Shown here in pieces: positions 12,401 to 26,585 of a stretch of DNA of 64,000 bases. The notes below the pieces were generated by a model. It was given only the letters and a program-made list of their open reading frames with translations, did not search any database and was not told the origin of the DNA. The position numbers were made by a program, and so were the translations under genes. The stretch covers positions 36,065,401 to 36,129,400 of the forward strand of contig NC_068981.1 in NCBI RefSeq assembly GCF_001194135.2, in the 5' to 3' direction. This stretch comes from Octopus bimaculoides. Its lineage: Eukaryota. The first letter of the stretch is position 1; each line of letters begins with the position of its first letter.

Positions 12401-13660
12401 TTTGTCTTTTCTTTCATTCAAAGCAAACATGTATTTCTGTTGCCGGTACTGGAAGTGCTGAGAATAAATGTCAGAGCTATATGAAACCTGTTCTTTCTTA
12501 CAGAAAACATTTTAAAATGTTGGTCTCAACTCCATAGTTATTTTCATTTATATTTTGTATCATTCAATTTTTTTTTCCCTATGGTGTTCTGTTTTCAAAT
12601 ATATATATACAAACATATAGAATAATCTGTATATATATACATATATACATACATGTGTGTGTGTATGTGTGTGTGTGCACATATATCTTCTGATATATAC
12701 GTATATATACATATATATCTACATGAATGTATATATACATATATTAATTTATACATAAATATTTATATCCGCACACATAATGTGTATATATGTATCTATG
12801 TATATAAACAAGTTTGTTTGTAAGTAAATATCCGTATACTTGTATGTAAAAACTTACATGTGTTTGTAAACATGTATTTATATGTAGATATATACATATT
12901 TCTATCATTGAAATTTCTGTAAGCAAATATATATAGGCGTATTTGTCTGTAAACACACACACACACACACACAAGCATATCTGCATAGGTGTTTGCATCC
13001 ACAAAAATATTTGTGAATATAAATCAATATGTGTGTGTGTGAATATAATGAAAATGTAAATAAACAAAATCAATTCTGTAATTTTTTTTTGTAATTTCTT
13101 TAAATTCGTCCATTTGTTGCATTAGTTTGTCTGTCATGATCTACAGAGGTCTTGAAGATATAGCTTATTTGAACAAATCACTTAATGAACTGCTTTAAAC
13201 TGAAATCTTTATAAACAGTGTTGTTGTCAAATGCAGACAGATCCAAGACTTAAGACTGTGAAGTTCAGTAGAGCTCTCATTCTATAGAATCACACCAGTA
13301 AACATCAAAAGAAAGCATACATAATATGAAGCAATAAAAAACAATATTCTTCTTGTGTTTAGGTAGACTGTACATGAACTTCTAACATCATCAGCGACAG
13401 TAATAATGAGATTAATTTAATGAATTACCACACATCAGAATCAATACAAACAGTAGAACAACAACAATGATAATAATAATGCTGCTGATAATGATGATGA
13501 TGATGACAATGATGATGATTCCTTGTGTGTTCTTCAATTGTCATTGGGACACATGCATGCACACAATAAACATTACTATGTATTTTTAAACAGTTGATTG
13601 CAAAATAAAAAAAAGGATATTTAGAAATTTCATCTAAATCCAACGTCTTTAATATATATA

Positions 13661-13726
<66 letters not shown>

Positions 13727-13905
13727 NNNNNNNNNNNNNNNNNNNNNNNNNNNNNNNNNNNNNNNNNNNNNNNNNNNNNNNNNNNNNNNNNNNNNNNNNN
13801 NNNNNNNNNNNNNNNNNNNNNNNNNNNNNNNNNNNNNNNNNNNNNNNNNNNNNNNNNNNNNNNNNNNNNNNNNNNNNNNNNNNNNNNNNNNNNNNNNNNN
13901 NNNNN
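13727..13905. other. Assembly gap (one of ten)
   Basis: N-runs at about 1969-1978, 13727-13905, 15377-15581, 23765-24659, 33034-33064, 34137-34923, 50247-50256, 51829-52253, 57197-58181 and 63319-63380. All but the one inside the young RTE abut a microsatellite on at least one side. Confidence 0.95.
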
Positions 13906-14254
13906 GGGGGGGGGGTGAGAATAACAGTAGAGCAAAGAAGCTCAATAAATTCAAGAATTCTCTTTTTCTGGTGGTTTTTGCTCTTTCATATCCACTAAAT
14001 TAATACTAAAGTAAAATTGATGAAAATATTGCATTATACAGAAAATAATGAGTTATTGCTATCCAAGATATAGTTTTACAATTTTGTTTTGATGTAGGTT
14101 CTGAGGAGTCAAAAGACAGAACACTAATAAAATATTCTTGAATTTGTTGAACTTTATTCTTTAACAAGTAGGGATCCATAGGAATTCCATAATTTTTATT
14201 TCTATTTTGATGCATAAATTTGTAGATCATTGTTATATTATTTCATGGTATTAA

Positions 14255-14470
14255 CCCTTTTGTTATCATGTTTCTGTTGAAATACATAGTCTTTACTTCA
14301 ATTGATTTTGAAAATAATATAGAATTTATTAAAATAATTGTCATTATTAAGCTGGTGTTTGAAACATAAATTAGCATGAAATTCTGATGGATAGTTTTAA
14401 TTAAGGCCATTTTAAAAGAGTTTGTATCATAAAACTCAGAGTGGTTTCTGGTAGTATGGTATGAAAAAGG
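14255..14470. mobile_element. piggyBac-type MITE, TTAA target duplication
   Basis: TTAA|CCCTTTTGTTATCAT ... ATGGTATGAAAAAGG|TTAA: imperfect 15-bp TIRs, 216 bp. Confidence 0.65.
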
Positions 14471-14659
14471 TTAAATATTCTAATTACATCATTAATTGTA
14501 TTCCAGTGTTTGGGTCATTTAATGTGTAACGCTTCAAAATTGTTTCATTACTTTAACTATTGCAGTTATACCATTCTTTCATACCAAAGTTAAAAACGCT
14601 GTAAGTATAACACATAAATCATGTTAAACATTTTGATTATGGTTTTCATTTTGTTTCAG

Positions 14660-15320
14660 AGTAATGGAAGTTTAAAGTGTAATACAGTTCACCTTAAGAG
14701 GATGCAATAAATGAACACTGAGTATGTAAATACAAGTAAGAAGGATAAAACAGAGAGTGTTCTTTATAATTATAACAGCCAGCATCACACATCTGGTTAT
14801 TCATACTTCATGCTTCTGATGATTGGATTGGATATGAAGTGCAGTGAAAAAGACTTCTTGAGAAGCAAGAAGGATGTCCAACATACATCTAACAAGCTTC
14901 ATGACATCAAGCTATCAGGTGTCTCAAAGTCAACAAGGCTAGCATTTTTCAAAGCATCTTAATGGAGCAGAAAGCTGCTCAATGATGAAGAAAGCTTAAG
15001 ACTGCCTTTGTGGTATATACATGAAGGTAGCCACAAGATCAAAGAGGAGATTTATAGACACATTCTATCCATCACTATTATTATTACTCAATGCAGAGTA
15101 TGCTTTATTGGTCACTGCTATTGTACTGAACATGAAATCATATCAGATGTTATATTTTGCAGACATCTGCACCCTAATAGGGGACAAAAACCAATCAACT
15201 ATTATGTTATTAGCTGACAACACAGCATGAAACTGAAGATCTACCAAAGTTAATACTAGACAAAGATTCCAGGCATAGCATGGTGGAATGCATCTCAGTT
15301 GCAGCTGCTTGAAGAAGAAA
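14660..15320 (+). pseudogene. RTE-like LINE RT C-terminal remnant
   Basis: NTEYV...SEKDFLRSKKDVQHTSNKLHDIKLSGVSKSTRLAFFKAS, then RVCFIGHCYCTEHEIISDVIF, resembling RRLxFAGHCxRxxxExxSxxLLW; stops and frameshifts. Confidence 0.6.
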
Positions 15321-15339
15321 TCATACATATACATTATAC

Positions 15340-15376
<37 letters not shown>

Positions 15377-15846
15377 NNNNNNNNNNNNNNNNNNNNNNNN
15401 NNNNNNNNNNNNNNNNNNNNNNNNNNNNNNNNNNNNNNNNNNNNNNNNNNNNNNNNNNNNNNNNNNNNNNNNNNNNNNNNNNNNNNNNNNNNNNNNNNNN
15501 NNNNNNNNNNNNNNNNNNNNNNNNNNNNNNNNNNNNNNNNNNNNNNNNNNNNNNNNNNNNNNNNNNNNNNNNNNNNNNNNNTCCGATCTTATATATATAA
15601 ACATTGTCAAACTGTCCCTATGTGAATAAACACTTTGTGGTGATATTGATAATTAGTCTATCATGCCAAAATGAATTAGTGAGATTGCTCAATAAAAATG
15701 AAAATTTATTAAGTTTAGAGTGATTAATTAGTTAAAACTATGAGACAGTCTAAAACAAAGTCTAGTTGCATAGAAATAAATTATCTACTGTAAATGTGTG
15801 TGTATGTATGTATGTATGTATGTATGTATGTATGCATGTATGTATA

Positions 15847-15889
<43 letters not shown>

Positions 15890-16421
15890 ATGTATAAGTA
15901 TGACTGTGAAATTAGGTCTGCTTAGACACCACATGCTTTCTGGTCCAGTTCCATTGAAATCCAAAACAAAGCCTTGTGAAGGAATATATGTGTATATAAT
16001 ACACTCACACACACAAAAATATATACCCATGCACACACTCAGTACATAAAAATGCATGTAAATTAGTATGTGTATATATATATATATATATATCTAGCAT
16101 ACAATAGTATCATAATAAAACCATCAGTATGTTGAAAGATTGGGCACTGAATCAATAGTGTTCCAGACAATCATCTTAGAGGTTAGTGCATCATATACTG
16201 TAGTTGAAACTGCACATATCCAGAGCTAAGACACTGCTGTTTCAAATGTAAAGAAACAATAAGTATTTGTAAAATTTATGTCTCTTCCAGTTTCCTTAAT
16301 GTGTCATCTTTAACTCTTATTTTTGGAACTTATTCATCGAGATTCTATTGCGTCATCACAAACCAATATATATTTTTCTACACATGCACATTTATATAAT
16401 TACACACACACACATTCATAT

Positions 16422-16452
<31 letters not shown>

Positions 16453-19400
16453 TGCTTTTTGTAAGTGTTTCAATACAAAGCTGTGACATCTGAGTATTAA
16501 TTGTCACTGAGGTTTCAGTAAAAACATCAAACTGAACAATGCTATGAAAAGTCACCATTATCACCATCATGATGATGTATTTTTGCATCATCATCATCAG
16601 CAGCAGCATCTAAATCACCCAGTTGTCAGTTTACCATTCAATGCTAGCATGTATTAGACTTGCTTAATATCATAATGTTAATTCTATGAATAAAGCGAAA
16701 CAATTCTACAAAGTTCTTCATTTGCATAACTGTTGCATTAAAGTTGATGGTTTCCTTAAATCTCATTTGCTGAACAATAGCAAAAGATTATGTATTTTGA
16801 CAATACTATCTTCCATTCTGAATATTTATGTTGCTTACCCCATTTCTTTCTTTCTTTGTTTTCTACTCTTTCTGTCATTCACTCTTTCCTTTTTGCTTTC
16901 TCATATTATAGATGGAGTAAAAACACATACACAGACAATTGATAATAGAAGCCTGTTCAATCAACTGAAATAGGATGGATTACTTTAGATGAAAATGGAA
17001 AAACCTTTGTTGAGGGGTGGTTGTGTCAGTCATGCATTTCTCTTGTCCAGATGTTTTTAACTACTCTACTACAGCACATTTATGTGTTATGTGTAGCCTA
17101 TAAGCATTTCATGATTTTCTTTTTAGATGAGCCGGAAAATGTGAAACTATTTTGGAAGCTGAAGTGTTTTTTTAACACACAGTGCCAGCATCAAATGTAA
17201 TTTATTGTTGCTAAGTCAGATATAAGCACCCACCATTGTCTTAAAGGCAATTTTAATACTCATTCTGTTTATAATAAGCAAAAGAAAATTTCTGCCTTGG
17301 GAAAAGAAATGGTGTTGTAAGTTTACTCAGGCACTTAACAGAACAGATTATGTAAGCACTTGGAGTGATGATTTATAGAATGGAAATTTATTCCAAAATT
17401 ATCCAAATATCACATTAAATATAAAGAAAGTGGAATATATAGCCTAACATCTGACAAAAACATCACGTTTGATGACTTATGAATGTGGTTTGCTCCACAT
17501 ATATAGATTTAATTTTGACACTGTTATTTTGGCATATATGTTGGAGCTTCATGATTTCTATATTGGGCATCACTTTTCAGGGTACCATGACACTCTCATG
17601 CAGTCTTCAAATGAAGCAGACTAAATCTTATTCCAGATAATACCAACAATCTTTTTTATTCCTTTAAAATAATGAGAGCAGGACGAGATGAAGAAATGTA
17701 TCATATGAATCACTTTGACTTGTGTGAGAATTAAAATGACCAAATACAGACTGCTATAGTCATAGATAATGTTAACAGTATAGAGGTCCAATGGCAGGCT
17801 TATAGATTCACAAATTGTTCATTATGTATTTGGATAGTACATCTAAGATTATATACTTATTCTCACCTAACAGTAACAGAGAACATAACTGGCTGAACAG
17901 TGTTCTGTCTGGGCATCAACAGTTCATATTCTCTTGCCAGTACTATACTGTGTCTATAGCTAAGATTTTAACAACTGTCTTTCAATGGCCAAGTTCACAT
18001 TGACCATAACTATGTTGTTTAACCCAGAGGAGACCAAACAAAGTGGGTGTGTAATCAAGAGTACTCGAGTCATGATAATCTTGTCATTTTATTCAAGTAT
18101 TATGCATGTTGGACTGCATTATATCCAATATGCCCTCTTTATTAAGGTGGTAGGTGTGCTTTCAACAAAAGAATTTGGCTGCTATTTCTTGCACATCAAA
18201 CAATCAGTAGAGACTTTCTCACAAGCATGTACAACTGTATGTACTGCATGGTGATATAACTCTATTAGGAACATTAATAGCAGCAGCAGTGGGGAAATGA
18301 TGAGTAGTACATTGGATGAGTAGCTCATTGGCAAGTACTTTTCTTCCTGGAAGAAAAGGGATGCACTAAGGGAAGATTGATCCTTGATGCCTTTAATGCT
18401 ACATGAAATTGGAAATAAGCACTGACCAATGAATTCAATAAATACTGGCTTTTAGAGAAGTTAGATTTTTTGTATTAAAACATTCTATATTGCAAATTGT
18501 GAATAATATTAAATTTGGTAACAGGTTTCTAGTAGGCCACTTGCTGGTTTACTGCATTTTTTGTAGGGAAAATGACAAAAGAGCATCTACAATTTGGTGG
18601 AGTACTAAATTCCATTTATAAGGCTTTGGCTTACTAAATCTATCATAGAAGACACTTGTCAGTGGCACCACACATCAGAATGAGACACAAAACCACATAA
18701 TAAAGAAATGGAATTCTAAACCACCCAGCCATGCTTAAAACATCCAACAAGTCAGTCTGCGTTGAATTTCTAGCTAGCTGCAATTATTGTATTACTATTT
18801 CATACCATATTGTCTTAATACTTCAGTATTAATATATGATATTCTATTTCAAAAATATAATTCAGAATTTGTTGAAGAAGATTCCAATGTTTCATTTGGC
18901 TACTACATAGATGCTCTCTCTCTCTCATTATCTTGATAACTATTATCAATTATACGAATTCCAGACTATATACCATCATATAATATTTCATACTTATAAA
19001 TGCAAAAGATTTTTGAAATACTACTTTAGAAGGTGAGAGATTTGCTAATTAGAGTCGTAAATATTTGCTTATAACCTGAAGCTACCTGTATCTAAAATAT
19101 AACTTTCTTGCACTGTACTTCAAAGAAGTATTTATGTCATAATATATCATATATAGAAAAGTCTAATTTTGTTGATATTGTTGCTTTTATTGTCATTGTT
19201 ATTATTTATTTTTTAAAAAATTTCTAACTCTTGGTTCAGTGCATTTCATATTCTCATTGATGTTGATATAACTTTATCTGAAATTGCTGAACATAAAAGG
19301 ATTTTAATTTAAGAGCATGCATATTAATGTGTTAAGTTTTGCTTGTTTATGTGCTTATGCATGTATGTTTATTATATTTTCATTATACTATATTTTGTAT

Positions 19401-19920
19401 ATATTTCATATATATTGAATATATTTTATAAATGGTGTATATATTTTGTATGTATTGTACTATATTCATCATATATTATGTAGATTGTATATATAACATA
19501 CATTTATTATAGTCATTATGTGTATATTATCCATGTTTTACATATTGCATATATTATGAATAATCTCTCTGCTCTGTGTGTGTGTGTGTATGTGTACATG
19601 CATGCATGTGTGCATGTGTGTGTGTGTATCACTACAGATATTAGGATGCATTCTGATATATTTATGTGCTTTATATGCTAAATGAATTCATTTATGTTGC
19701 ACATGTGAGTTAGTAGTATGTGGCATATATGTAGATGTGTAGTTTCAATCATTAAACAAATTTATTAACATATATGTGCATGTGTGTAAACATATTTGTG
19801 TATGTATGTATATATGTGTGTTTGTGTGTGTGTGTGTGTGTTACATTACATTATATTATATTTTTCTCTACTTTCAGCATTGAGGCCTTTATAACTATGG
19901 CTGGCAGTGAAGTATTAGAG

Positions 19921-19961
<41 letters not shown>

Positions 19962-20591
19962 CATATATACACACACACATAAGTATATTTGTGTGTGTGT
20001 GTGTAGTTTCAATCACTATGTTGCGTGTGATCGAATGGCTATAACAACATAGGTAAGGAAGTGGTGAAATGGATTAATTGACAGCTTTTTAGTAGATTTA
20101 AATTCAGGGGATGGAAGTGGTGGTGGAGAAAATTTATGCATTTCACTCCAATTTAATATATATAATCATATGGCAAATAGAGAAAAGCGAGTGAGTATGT
20201 GTGTAGTGAATATGGCTGTATGTGGTTAAGAGATAAATAGAGTGGGAGAATGTAAAAATGACAGAGAGCAAGAGAACGAGAGCAAGGGAGGAGGTTGTAG
20301 GGGGACTTGTTGCATAGATTATGGACTCTGAGTGTTTACATTTATAAAGTAGCAACTGAGCCAACTTGGTTCTTAACACTTCTGAAAGCCTACCATTAAA
20401 AGATAAGCAGATATAAGCTAACACCATAAAGTAAATGGCATCAAAAGAAAAGAGGAAGCAGGGTGATAGATAGATAGATCAATAGGTTGATAGATAGATG
20501 GATAGTTAGATAGACAGATAGGGTAAAGAGAGGACGGGGAAAACAGGCATGTGAAACAAGACTGACTAGAAGGAACTTGAAAGAAGCAGAA

Positions 20592-20662
<71 letters not shown>

Positions 20663-21746
20663 TGTAGGGGTGGGAAGAAGAAACTTAAAAAAAACAACTT
20701 CTCATATTAAATTGATTAATGCTTCTAGCAATGAAATGAAATGAAAGAAAACGAAAAAACTGAAAACTACAACATAATATTAGAATGTGAAAAAAAACAA
20801 CAAAACCAAAAACATAAGTTAAAATGGATTGAGAAATATGTCTATGTCCTTCTCTGTGTGCATAGTGTGTATATATGATTACATGTGTATGTGTATATGC
20901 CTGCATTACTGTGTGTGCACAGTCATATATATATATATATGTATGTATATATATCTATGAACATGTGCATAAATACACACACTCTATCTACATACATATA
21001 CATATATATGTGTGTGTGTGTGTATACATACACACACATACACACGTGGATACAGGTGTTTGTGTGCATGTGTGAGAGAGGGTGGTAGAAGTGTGAAGAA
21101 AATGAAATTTATGAAAAAAATAAAAGTCAGTTAAAAACAGCTAAAGATAAGAGCAATCAAACTAGCAAGTGAGATGAAAGAGTCAAAGTTAACAAATGTG
21201 TTGACTGGCTTTGTGGGGAGGTGGGGCCAGGATAATGGATAAAGTAAAAGGAACTAGGAAAAAATATTAATGGCTGAAAAAAGAGATGGATACTGAAAAT
21301 ATTGGAACATATTGATAGAAACAGAGAGAATATTAGATACATATTCAGTGATAGAAAGATAGATAGATGCTCATGTTGATAGTCTGACAAAGATACTCGT
21401 ACAAGATAGTGTGTGTGTGTGTGCATATATATATATATATACATATATATAATGCAGGTATGAAAATTCATGCACATATATGTATACCCAAGTGTGTATC
21501 CCGATTTTAGAATAGGTACACTATGTCCTTGTGTGTCATAAGAAGGATGGTATTAAAAAGAGCATCTGACAATAAAATGCTGCTTCAGAAAACACAACCC
21601 TGCCCATGCTGTGATGGAATGTAAGCACAAAACAATGATGATTATGATATTTACACACACATATGCACTCTCTCTCTCGCATGCACACACACACACACAC
21701 ACACACACATTTAAAAAAACTTTTTTGCTTATTTTAGTCATTAGAC

Positions 21747-21796
<50 letters not shown>

Positions 21797-21844
21797 TAGA
21801 TATACATACACACACACAAATATACATACATATATATATAGTTA

Positions 21845-22130
21845 TAGGCATTGAATGCAGAAGATGTGTGCATGCTCTGCTGAATATGTAATGTCAGCAT
21901 GCATGAATGACAGTGTGCTGGTGAGCTGAGTGAAAAAACATGCTTTTTAGAGGAATCAACTGTATTGCACAAAAGAAAAGATTGCACTGTTACAGACAAA
22001 TAATGAGGATGATGAAACAGTTAGGTGAAAAAGCATTAAAGTGAAAATGCAAGAGGACGATGTTGGAAGAGTAGTATGATTTCATCTTAAGATGTTGACT
22101 AGTGAATGAAGAAGGACTACAATAGAATGA
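21845..22130 (+). pseudogene. RTE LINE 3' ORF remnant (same family as 42201-43640)
   Basis: gcattgaatgcagaagat...tgtaatgtcagcatgcatgaa...gagtgaaaaaa...aaaagaaaagattgcactgttacagaca parallels 42670-42850 (ALNAED...CNVSVHE...RRLHCYGH). Confidence 0.65.
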
Positions 22131-22249
22131 CAATGGGCCATCATAGGTGGTGAGCACTGCATCTCTTAGCTTTCCCCATTGGAAATTTGTCATCACTTTG
22201 TTGAAATATCTCCTCTCTCTATGAATGTGTATGCAATTATGCATGTGTG

Positions 22250-22402
22250 TGATGGCTGTATGGTTAAGGAGCTCATTTTGCGATCATAGGATTTCAGGTT
22301 CAGTGTCACTGTGCTGCACTTTGGGTAAGTACATACAAAGTCCCAGGCCAATAATGTAGTGTGAGTAAATTTGATAGATGGGAACTGTGTGAGAGCCCAC
22401 CA
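22250..22402 (+). mobile_element. Family B SINE head
   Basis: atggctgtatggttaag...caggttcagtgtcactgtgctgcactttgggtaagt...gtgagtaaatttgatagatgggaactgtgtgagagccc. Confidence 0.7.
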
Positions 22403-22406
22403 TATA

Positions 22407-23352
22407 CAGGGGTTGGACAAAATAATGGAAACATCTAGCACCATAGCATCATAATTTTGAAATATCTATAAAACCATCAAAAGCTTGTTTATTTTTATGT
22501 TTTTCAATTTATCATTAGTGTTGTTTAATATGTTTTGTTAAAACAGCGGTTTCTTTTCAGATATCATCATAAAAAGGTAATTAAATTCATTAAAATGACA
22601 AATCTATCGGATTTTCAAAGAGGTCAAATTATTGGTGCTCATATGGCAGGCACTAGCATAATGAAAACAGCTGAAATGTTTGGTGTATCAAGAAGTACTG
22701 TCTTGAAAGTAATGACAGCCTTTGAGAAAGAGGCAAAAACCTCCTCGTCAAAATAAAACTCCGGAAGAAAACCAAAACTTTCAGATAGGGACTGTGGACT
22801 CTTACACAAATAGTTAGAATTTGGAGAGAGCCAAAAGAAGCATTTGACCCAGACTGCTTTCTACCAACTGTTAAAATTACTGCAGAGCTTAATGACTACC
22901 CTGAGAACCTAGTTTCCACAAAAACTCTTCACTGGGAGCTGCACAAAGCCAGATTTCAAGGGAGTGCTGCAATCAGAAAACCACTTCTTTCAAAAACAAA
23001 TGCCGTAAAGCTTTTAGAGTGGAGTAAAAACCTCCAGAATTGGTCCCCAGAGCAGTGGCAGAATGTTATTTTCTCGGACAAGTCATCCTTTACCCTATTT
23101 CCACTCACCGGCTGAGTATACATGTAGTGACAGCCAAAAGAAGCATTCGAGCCTTCTTCTAGCTGTTAAACATGTAGGAGGATCTGTGATGATCTGTGGG
23201 GCTATATCTTGGAAATCCACCAGCCCAATGGCAGGATTAATAGTCAAGACTATTTAAGCATTTTATCTGGTCAAATTCATCCTATAGTTGCAGAACTGTT
23301 TCTGGAGGGAAACGCAATCTTTCAGGATGACAATGCACCAATTCACACAACT
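22407..23352 (+). mobile_element. Tc1 transposon, 3'-truncated, with pseudogenised transposase
   Basis: TA|CAGGGGTTGGACAAAATAATGGAAACA left TIR. From 22595: MTNLSDFQRGQIIGAHMAG..SRSTV (HTH), then FSDKSSF, GGSVMICGAISW and FQDDNAPIHT (first two catalytic Asp regions). Stops and frameshifts; no right TIR seen. Confidence 0.92.
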
Positions 23353-23367
23353 AAATACACATGTATA

Positions 23368-23510
23368 CCGCCAAAGGGCTTGATCACTTGTCAATGTCTC
23401 CATGAGGTCCAATGCTTGAATGGTCCTTTTTACGAGCCACTGGGATGGATGCCAGTCAGATGGCACTGGCATTGGCCATGACTATTATTTCACTTGGTTC
23501 AACAGGTTTT
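23368..23510. repeat. Probable RTE 3'-UTR-related fragment
   Basis: gccagtcagatggcactggcattggcca resembles gccagtcaggtggtactggcaaaggcca at 61504-61531. Confidence 0.4.
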
Positions 23511-23716
23511 CGATTATATGTATTCAGTCAGTAGTTAGCCCTTTGAGAGGATGCCACTTTTAACCATTTTTGAATAAGACAATCACACAACCACAACTTC
23601 AACCACCGTTATAACTGGAATTTTGGTGGCACACCGTTTTTGAGCACTCAGAACACATACCTATTCATTTGAGTCATCCTGACAAAAACTCTTCATATCC
23701 TCTCTCTATATGTATT

Positions 23717-23764
<48 letters not shown>

Positions 23765-24659
23765 NNNNNNNNNNNNNNNNNNNNNNNNNNNNNNNNNNNN
23801 NNNNNNNNNNNNNNNNNNNNNNNNNNNNNNNNNNNNNNNNNNNNNNNNNNNNNNNNNNNNNNNNNNNNNNNNNNNNNNNNNNNNNNNNNNNNNNNNNNNN
23901 NNNNNNNNNNNNNNNNNNNNNNNNNNNNNNNNNNNNNNNNNNNNNNNNNNNNNNNNNNNNNNNNNNNNNNNNNNNNNNNNNNNNNNNNNNNNNNNNNNNN
24001 NNNNNNNNNNNNNNNNNNNNNNNNNNNNNNNNNNNNNNNNNNNNNNNNNNNNNNNNNNNNNNNNNNNNNNNNNNNNNNNNNNNNNNNNNNNNNNNNNNNN
24101 NNNNNNNNNNNNNNNNNNNNNNNNNNNNNNNNNNNNNNNNNNNNNNNNNNNNNNNNNNNNNNNNNNNNNNNNNNNNNNNNNNNNNNNNNNNNNNNNNNNN
24201 NNNNNNNNNNNNNNNNNNNNNNNNNNNNNNNNNNNNNNNNNNNNNNNNNNNNNNNNNNNNNNNNNNNNNNNNNNNNNNNNNNNNNNNNNNNNNNNNNNNN
24301 NNNNNNNNNNNNNNNNNNNNNNNNNNNNNNNNNNNNNNNNNNNNNNNNNNNNNNNNNNNNNNNNNNNNNNNNNNNNNNNNNNNNNNNNNNNNNNNNNNNN
24401 NNNNNNNNNNNNNNNNNNNNNNNNNNNNNNNNNNNNNNNNNNNNNNNNNNNNNNNNNNNNNNNNNNNNNNNNNNNNNNNNNNNNNNNNNNNNNNNNNNNN
24501 NNNNNNNNNNNNNNNNNNNNNNNNNNNNNNNNNNNNNNNNNNNNNNNNNNNNNNNNNNNNNNNNNNNNNNNNNNNNNNNNNNNNNNNNNNNNNNNNNNNN
24601 NNNNNNNNNNNNNNNNNNNNNNNNNNNNNNNNNNNNNNNNNNNNNNNNNNNNNNNNNNN

Positions 24660-24693
<34 letters not shown>

Positions 24694-25289
24694 GATATGT
24701 GTGTGTGTGTGTGTATGTGTGTGCATGTGTATGTGTATATTCCCAGCAGAATCATTTCCATGATGATTCTGATGGGAAGAGTGAATAATAATAGCATGAA
24801 GTAAGGTAATAGATGTATGAACAATAAATTCTTTGAGAGAGAGGGGGGAGGGGGAGAGAGAGAAAGAAAAAGAGATCGACAGAATAAATGAGATAAGAGG
24901 AAATTAGGGATTAGAGGGAGAGGGTCTATATAAGAAAAAGAAATACTGAAAGTGCATGAGTAGAATTAACATTTCCATTGCTTTACAGGAAGTTTCTGGA
25001 AAATGAAATTGAAAGTAAAAAAAACAATGAAAAAAAGAAAGAAAATCCCCATCATTTAGCAAATGGAAGAAGCTATTCTCCCAATTAGTTTTGAGTAAAG
25101 TCATGGAGAATATATTGTCACTGCACTAAAACTTAGCTTACACAAACAACAACAACAGCACAATCATAGGTAATGGGAAAAGCAGCAGCAGTAGCAGCAA
25201 CAGCAACAGCAGATATAAATTAATAGAATTAACAGTGGTTCACAATCTATAACAAAAGTGTGATTGCTGTTAGGTAAATGCTATTATTG

Positions 25290-25465
25290 TTTAACTGCAA
25301 GTCAGCTCTGATACAATGTATCTATGATCAAAAGCATTCCAGTTGTGACCATCCTGTCTTTTTATGCATTTAGGACTATATTGTTGAATGTATCCTTTTT
25401 TGCAGACCATATGGTGTGATTTGAGGAAGTTTTGTTTATTAGTACTAGTAAGCTGAGACAGTATA
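25290..25465 (+). repeat. Family C repeat
   Basis: gtcagctctgat...ctatgatcaaaagcattccagttgtgaccatcctgtc...ggtgtgatttgagg. Confidence 0.7.
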
Positions 25466-26379
25466 ATACGCCTCTTTTGTTGGTTCATATAGTAAAGGTA
25501 TTCTAAGTTATGTGTTTAAACCTTACTATGGAGTGTTTGTTGTCTCTCAGTTCCTAATACATGACTGACAGACAGAAAAAGTTCTACCACTTTTGCGAAG
25601 AAGAATTGTGGTAGTTGTAAAGATCTATACTTAAAAAGTTATTCTAGCCATAACAGTCCTATCTCTTGTTTTATCTTTTTTTTTTGGGGGGGGGGGGCAT
25701 AATATAACCTGGGAGAATTTTATGCAATGTATCCTTCAATTTTAAGACAGTGGCATGTGGTTAAAAGCTTTGGCTGCTATTACTACAATATTGAGAAACT
25801 ATAAATATAACTCCCTGATCAGCTTTAGTGAGGAATAGTTGTTGGGAGAGGAGAGATGGAGTTGTGAAAATGATTGCTCTATTTAAAAGCTATCCTCAAT
25901 AATGTTAACAAGGAATATTAAACAGAGAAGAAAGTGAATTGATCAATTGATCAAAGTTGCTGTTGAGCTGAGATTGTGTATCAGGTTTGATTCCCAGTTT
26001 ATGGGGTTATTTTATACCACTTCCATCACTAATGTGCATGAGAAAAGACTGAAAATCAAATTCTTCTTTCAGTATGAAAACTTGTACCATTAAATATTAT
26101 TAGAGACAGGGTGTAGTTAATTGTCTTTTTGTCTTTTTTGACAACTTTCTTATATAAAACATTGTTAATCAACCCAAAGAAACTTTATTAATGTTATGAG
26201 CTAAATGAAAACTGTCTAATAGACGATGGTTAGCCTTAAATGAATGTAACTGGCATTGAATGTTTGATGCACAGTAGTAGAAAAAACAGAGACAAAATAC
26301 TGATAACACAGGGGTAAAAGAGTTTGTGATTTGATTTTGATGTTGAAGTTGAAACCAATTTGCGTTATTTCTAAGACAA

Positions 26380-26585
26380 CAAGCAGGCATAATCGTTAGA
26401 GTATCAGGAAAATACTTTGCAGTTTTAGTTCTGGCTTACTACCTTTAAGTTCAAATCCTAAGAGGTCAACTTTGCTATTCACATCCTTTCAAAGCTGATA
26501 AAATAAAGTAACTTGCAAGTACTGGGGCTGATGCTGTCAACTAATCCCCTCTGCTCAAAACTGCTACCCTTATATCTAAATTAGC
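26380..26585 (+). mobile_element. Family A SINE, old full-length copy
   Basis: gcataatcgttagagtatcagg...aagttcaaatcc..gaggtcaactttgctattcacatcctttcaaagctgataaaataaagta...ctggggctgat. Confidence 0.7.

Noticed and set aside
23669-24824. Long ORFs of 290-450 aa here and at 33982-35197, 51746-52408 and 56931-58277
   Set aside because: They are made of N-runs (X) plus microsatellite translations. The only real coding part is the RTE finger at 34924-35131.
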